Part shown: piece after piece, positions 60,508 through 64,000 of the stretch
Layout: every line of letters begins with the position of its first letter
Numbering within the stretch: position 1 is the stretch's first letter
NCBI GenBank assembly: GCA_001662655.1
Contig: KV460227.1
Reading direction: 5' to 3' (one strand)
DNA from: Pseudogymnoascus verrucosus
Lineage: Eukaryota
DNA length: 64,000 bases
Notes under the pieces: model-generated
What the model saw: only the letters and a program-made list of their open reading frames with translations
What the model was told of the DNA's origin: nothing
Database searches by the model: none
Program-made: the position numbers and the translations under genes

Positions 60508-63500
60508 TTTGAAGAATGGTTGGGTTGATTGGCTAGTTGTGTTTGCTGTTTGTGTTTGTCTGTATTTGCAATTGTTGATGATGAGAATTTGAAGGGAATC
60601 TTCACGATACTTATAGGCGTCCTGTTCTGATACTTGATACCAAAAGATCGATCACGAAAACAAATTGAAGACACTTAAAAGCATGAAGATAATTCTTCGT
60701 TGCCAACGCTGACTGCATTTCGTGATTCTTTCCCGTTTGGTTTGTTATGGCCTGAGACATGGGCAAATCTGGCAGTGCCTGAAGCCCGCTCTCAGCTGTT
60801 GAGATCGAGGGATATGTGCGACTGTATGACTATTGTTTCAATATATCGGGGTAACTAACAGTTGCACGACCAATCATCTCATAATATATGATTATGATAC
60901 TATATAACGTTATTTCGGGTTGCACCCGACAAGGCGAGTACGTGTGGAGAAGAGTTCCTATTACTAATGAATATTCCATCCCTTGGGGGACTGAAGAAGG
61001 ATCCCGAGGGGAAATGTCGAGCAGAGATGCAAGGGGACAGAATAGGTGAAGTAAGGTGATCGGCGAGGGGTTCTCGTGCGACCCAAAAGTCTATGGAGGT
61101 CTATCCATAGTGAGAAGAATAACAGATAGTGTGCTTTTATATCTGTTATTAAGGAACATATGGGGTAACCGTGTATTTTACCCCACTGCTACAGCTTCCA
61201 ACCCTTATATCCACCAACTATGGGCTACAAACGTGCAACTAGCAAAACACATTCTGAAGAAGACATATAAAAGGCAATAGCCAGCTGGAAAAATATACAG
61301 TTTTTATCTATCTAGGCTATTGCGAAATTGACACGAGAATGTTGTGTTGCCTCACCCTACTCACCCTCAAGACAGCAAGGGGCATAACTTCCGAGCTATG
61401 CCTATTAGCACGATTAAGAGCATCAAGCCTGAATTACAAGCTTATGTATGGCAGAGCGGACGGGATGCCCAATTATCTTAAGTCTATGGTCGTATGTGAT
61501 TGTTCTTAGGGCATTGCATAGCATAAGGGGTGACGAGAAGACAGAATAAGACAAAACGCCTTTTACAACTAGGAAAGATTAGAAGAAGTGGTGTAATAGA
61601 GTGGTAACACGATGCGGGGACGTTGCAATCTTGCCCTACTATAAATAATCCTTCCGGCACCCATTACCGTCTCCCCCCCCTCTCTCTCACTTCCCAACCT
61701 ATAAAACCGCCAGCCATCACACAATACCTCCCGAAGATAACACAACCAAACATGGGATTAAAAGTGGCGGGGTTGCCCCATCCGCTATCCCCGTCATACG
61801 TGCCAGCGTTTCTGACTGTTAGCGATTCAAGGGACGGAGGGTGATGCAGGCAGCCTCGGTCCGTTGTGTGACCCCCGCCACCGACGAGAACCAGACGACG
61901 ACAACACCCGTGATGGCAACACAAACTAGATCTCACAGCATCCTTAAAGGTTATCGTGTTTTCATTCTTGAAGACGAGTAAGTTTATTCAGTCCCTCCGT
62001 TATATCTTTGAGGCCGGCATATGTTCCCGGATTCCCCTGTTTTAGTCTTTTTGATATAGCGGAGTTGGAAAGGATGAGATGGGGGTGAGTGGTGTTGATG
62101 GTTGGTTAGTTTTATTCCCATCAAGAGGCGAGGAAAGGGGTTATGCGAGATGGCTTGTAAAAAACCCCGAGATAACCCACGAAACCCCTGAATCCCACCC
62201 CCCTTTTCCCACGCAACCCACCAAGCTAGACAACGCCCCCTTTCCCGGCCAAACGACCCAGCAAACGAGACAACCACCCTCCCTCATCCTATATAAACAA
62301 CAATAACCCCCCTTCCTCCCAGCGGCACAGTAGCGCAGTGGTAGTACCACTGTCTGGACAATCTGGCCAGCAGAGGACAAAAAGGTTATGGATTCGAATT
62401 CCGGCGTGGAGACGATGAAACCAAAAGGAGAGAAAGAGCTTGGAAATGAATAATAAGCGATAAAAAGTAAAATCACATAAAAATATAAGTGATTTTCTCC
62501 CTCATCAGATCTTGAGAGAGCTGATGAGTCTTTTTGATTTTTTGACATTTGAATCTTTTGAGGGGATTCTTTTTTTTAGTCTAGGGGGGTGAATAATAGG
62601 ATACCCCTTCCCACCCCCCCTTCATATCCTATATAACTCCCCCCCCTAACAGGCCCCAACAGGAGTATGGACGCTAAAACAGCCTAATAGAGGTATACTG
62701 CAGCCGAGGCAGAGTTGATCCCAACCGAAGACCGAGTGGTGGCATCCGCAACAGCCCAGGCCCTCCCCAACATCATGAAAGATAGCGTACCCTAAGACAT
62801 GACAACTCTCGGCAAGTGGCGAGAACAACACGATGACAGCGAGAATATCAGATGATGACAGGAGTAAACGGCGGCGATGAAATGATGGCAGCAACAACAC
62901 CCCCTTCCCCTTTCCTCCCCTTTCCCCTTCTTCTTCTTCCCCTTCGCCCTCCGACCACAACACAAAACACAACCCCCGCCGCGGCACAAGCACCTCACAA
63001 ACATCCCCACAAACACCCCCCGAGCTGGTTAAGAAGAGCGAGCTGGACAGAGCGTGCCTTTTATGTCGTTTGATGGTGTTAGCTGGGCTGGGCTGGGGAG
63101 GGGAAGTGGGAATAGACGATGAAAAGGGGCAGGGATGGAAAGGGGAAGGATAAATATTGAAGAAGATAAAATAAGGTTGAGAAACAACACCTTAAATACA
63201 CGTAAACCACGAACCATCCCATCTACCCCCCTATCCCACCACTCCTTCCATCCGCCCCACGACCAAAATATATATCTATAAACACTATATCCCCCAGCAA
63301 AGCATACCTACCTCTCAAGATCAAGTCATCTAAAAGGAAATCCGCGAGGGAATGATGGCATAAACTCTTTTTCTCAACCACCACCACTAACACAAGGCCT
63401 GACCCAAGACGAACCACCCTCGATATCGCGGAGGGCGGTGGTGGTGAGAGGTGAGAAACTACACAACGGTGAGAACCCTCCACCAAGAACAACAACAGCA

Positions 63501-64000
63501 CCCCCCGACAGCAGGCCCCCTCGACAAGCACCCCCCCACACCTCGACAGCGCCAGTGCCCTCCCCCCCTCACCCCCACCCACCTAGCTAGGCAAGAACGA
63601 CGCACTCACACCACACACGACCATAATTGCATTCGGTGACATTATCTCTTCCATGATGGGCTGTTCATTTCTGTCCTAGGGTCGGGGGGGGTGGGTTATA
63701 TGCATTCTGGGCCTGGAGGTGTGTTAGTAGGGTTTGTGGGAAGAGGATGATATGGGAGGTAGGGTAGTGAGAAAGGGGAATGGAGGTGTAGGAGGAAGAC
63801 AAGAAACATATAAGATAGGAAATGAAATGGGATTGATAAACGGTCATTCAATACACGCAAACGTGGCAAAAAACGAAGATTACGAACAAGCCACCCAGCC
63901 ATATCTGCGATACTAAATTACCAGAGCAGTAGCGACGCACTACTACAGCACAAGCTGCGCTCGAGGTGAGGATTCGAATCTAGAGCATATCCAGGCAGCC

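Noticed and set aside
62385..62410. GGATTCGAAT, tRNA T-loop-like
   Set aside because: No T-stem pairing or cloverleaf on either strand.
62520..62555. Hammerhead ribozyme core CTGATGA followed by a GTC/GAC stem
   Set aside because: The required GAAA after stem II is absent.
63958..63978. tRNA 3'-end-like sequence on the minus strand (TTCGAATCCTCACCTCGAGC)
   Set aside because: The 5' strand of the T-stem (CTAGA) does not pair with CTCAC/CCTCA, and the rest would lie beyond the window edge. At most a relic.

Overview
This is eukaryotic, intron-containing DNA from a filamentous ascomycete (GT..AG introns of ~45-160 nt with CTAAC/CTGAC branch points). A Leotiomycete such as Pseudogymnoascus is a guess from style, not a determination. 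Most of the window is a dense block of conserved housekeeping genes: CTK1, mitoribosomal bL19, cysteine synthase, YCG1, VPS75, TFC1, RTS1, TLG1, a METTL25-like methyltransferase, SDH3, TAF6, CDC8, FOL2, TAF11, URC4/DUF1688, an LCCL protein, QTRT2, GTR1 and OXA1. Two accessory-looking regions interrupt it. (i) 3.2-11.7 kb: a compact four-gene carboxylic/fatty-acid utilisation cluster (peroxisomal acyl-CoA synthetase, enoyl-CoA isomerase, CTF1/Far-type Zn2Cys6 factor, GPR1/FUN34 transporter); the enzyme and transporter promoters share a CCCGGNCCGA-type motif. (ii) 55-64 kb: a gene-poor tract with a HET-domain gene, a secreted I66 (cospin-like) protease inhibitor and degenerate repeats. The most unusual non-coding signals are a tandem array of ~63-bp hairpin units at 50.8-51.1 kb with an inverted long-loop copy 7.8 kb away upstream of URC4, a perfect 19-bp inverted repeat between FOL2 and TAF11, and a 4-kb ORF-free block upstream of URC4. 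Gene calls come from recognising translated motifs by eye; exon boundaries are manual and approximate, and no database searches were run.
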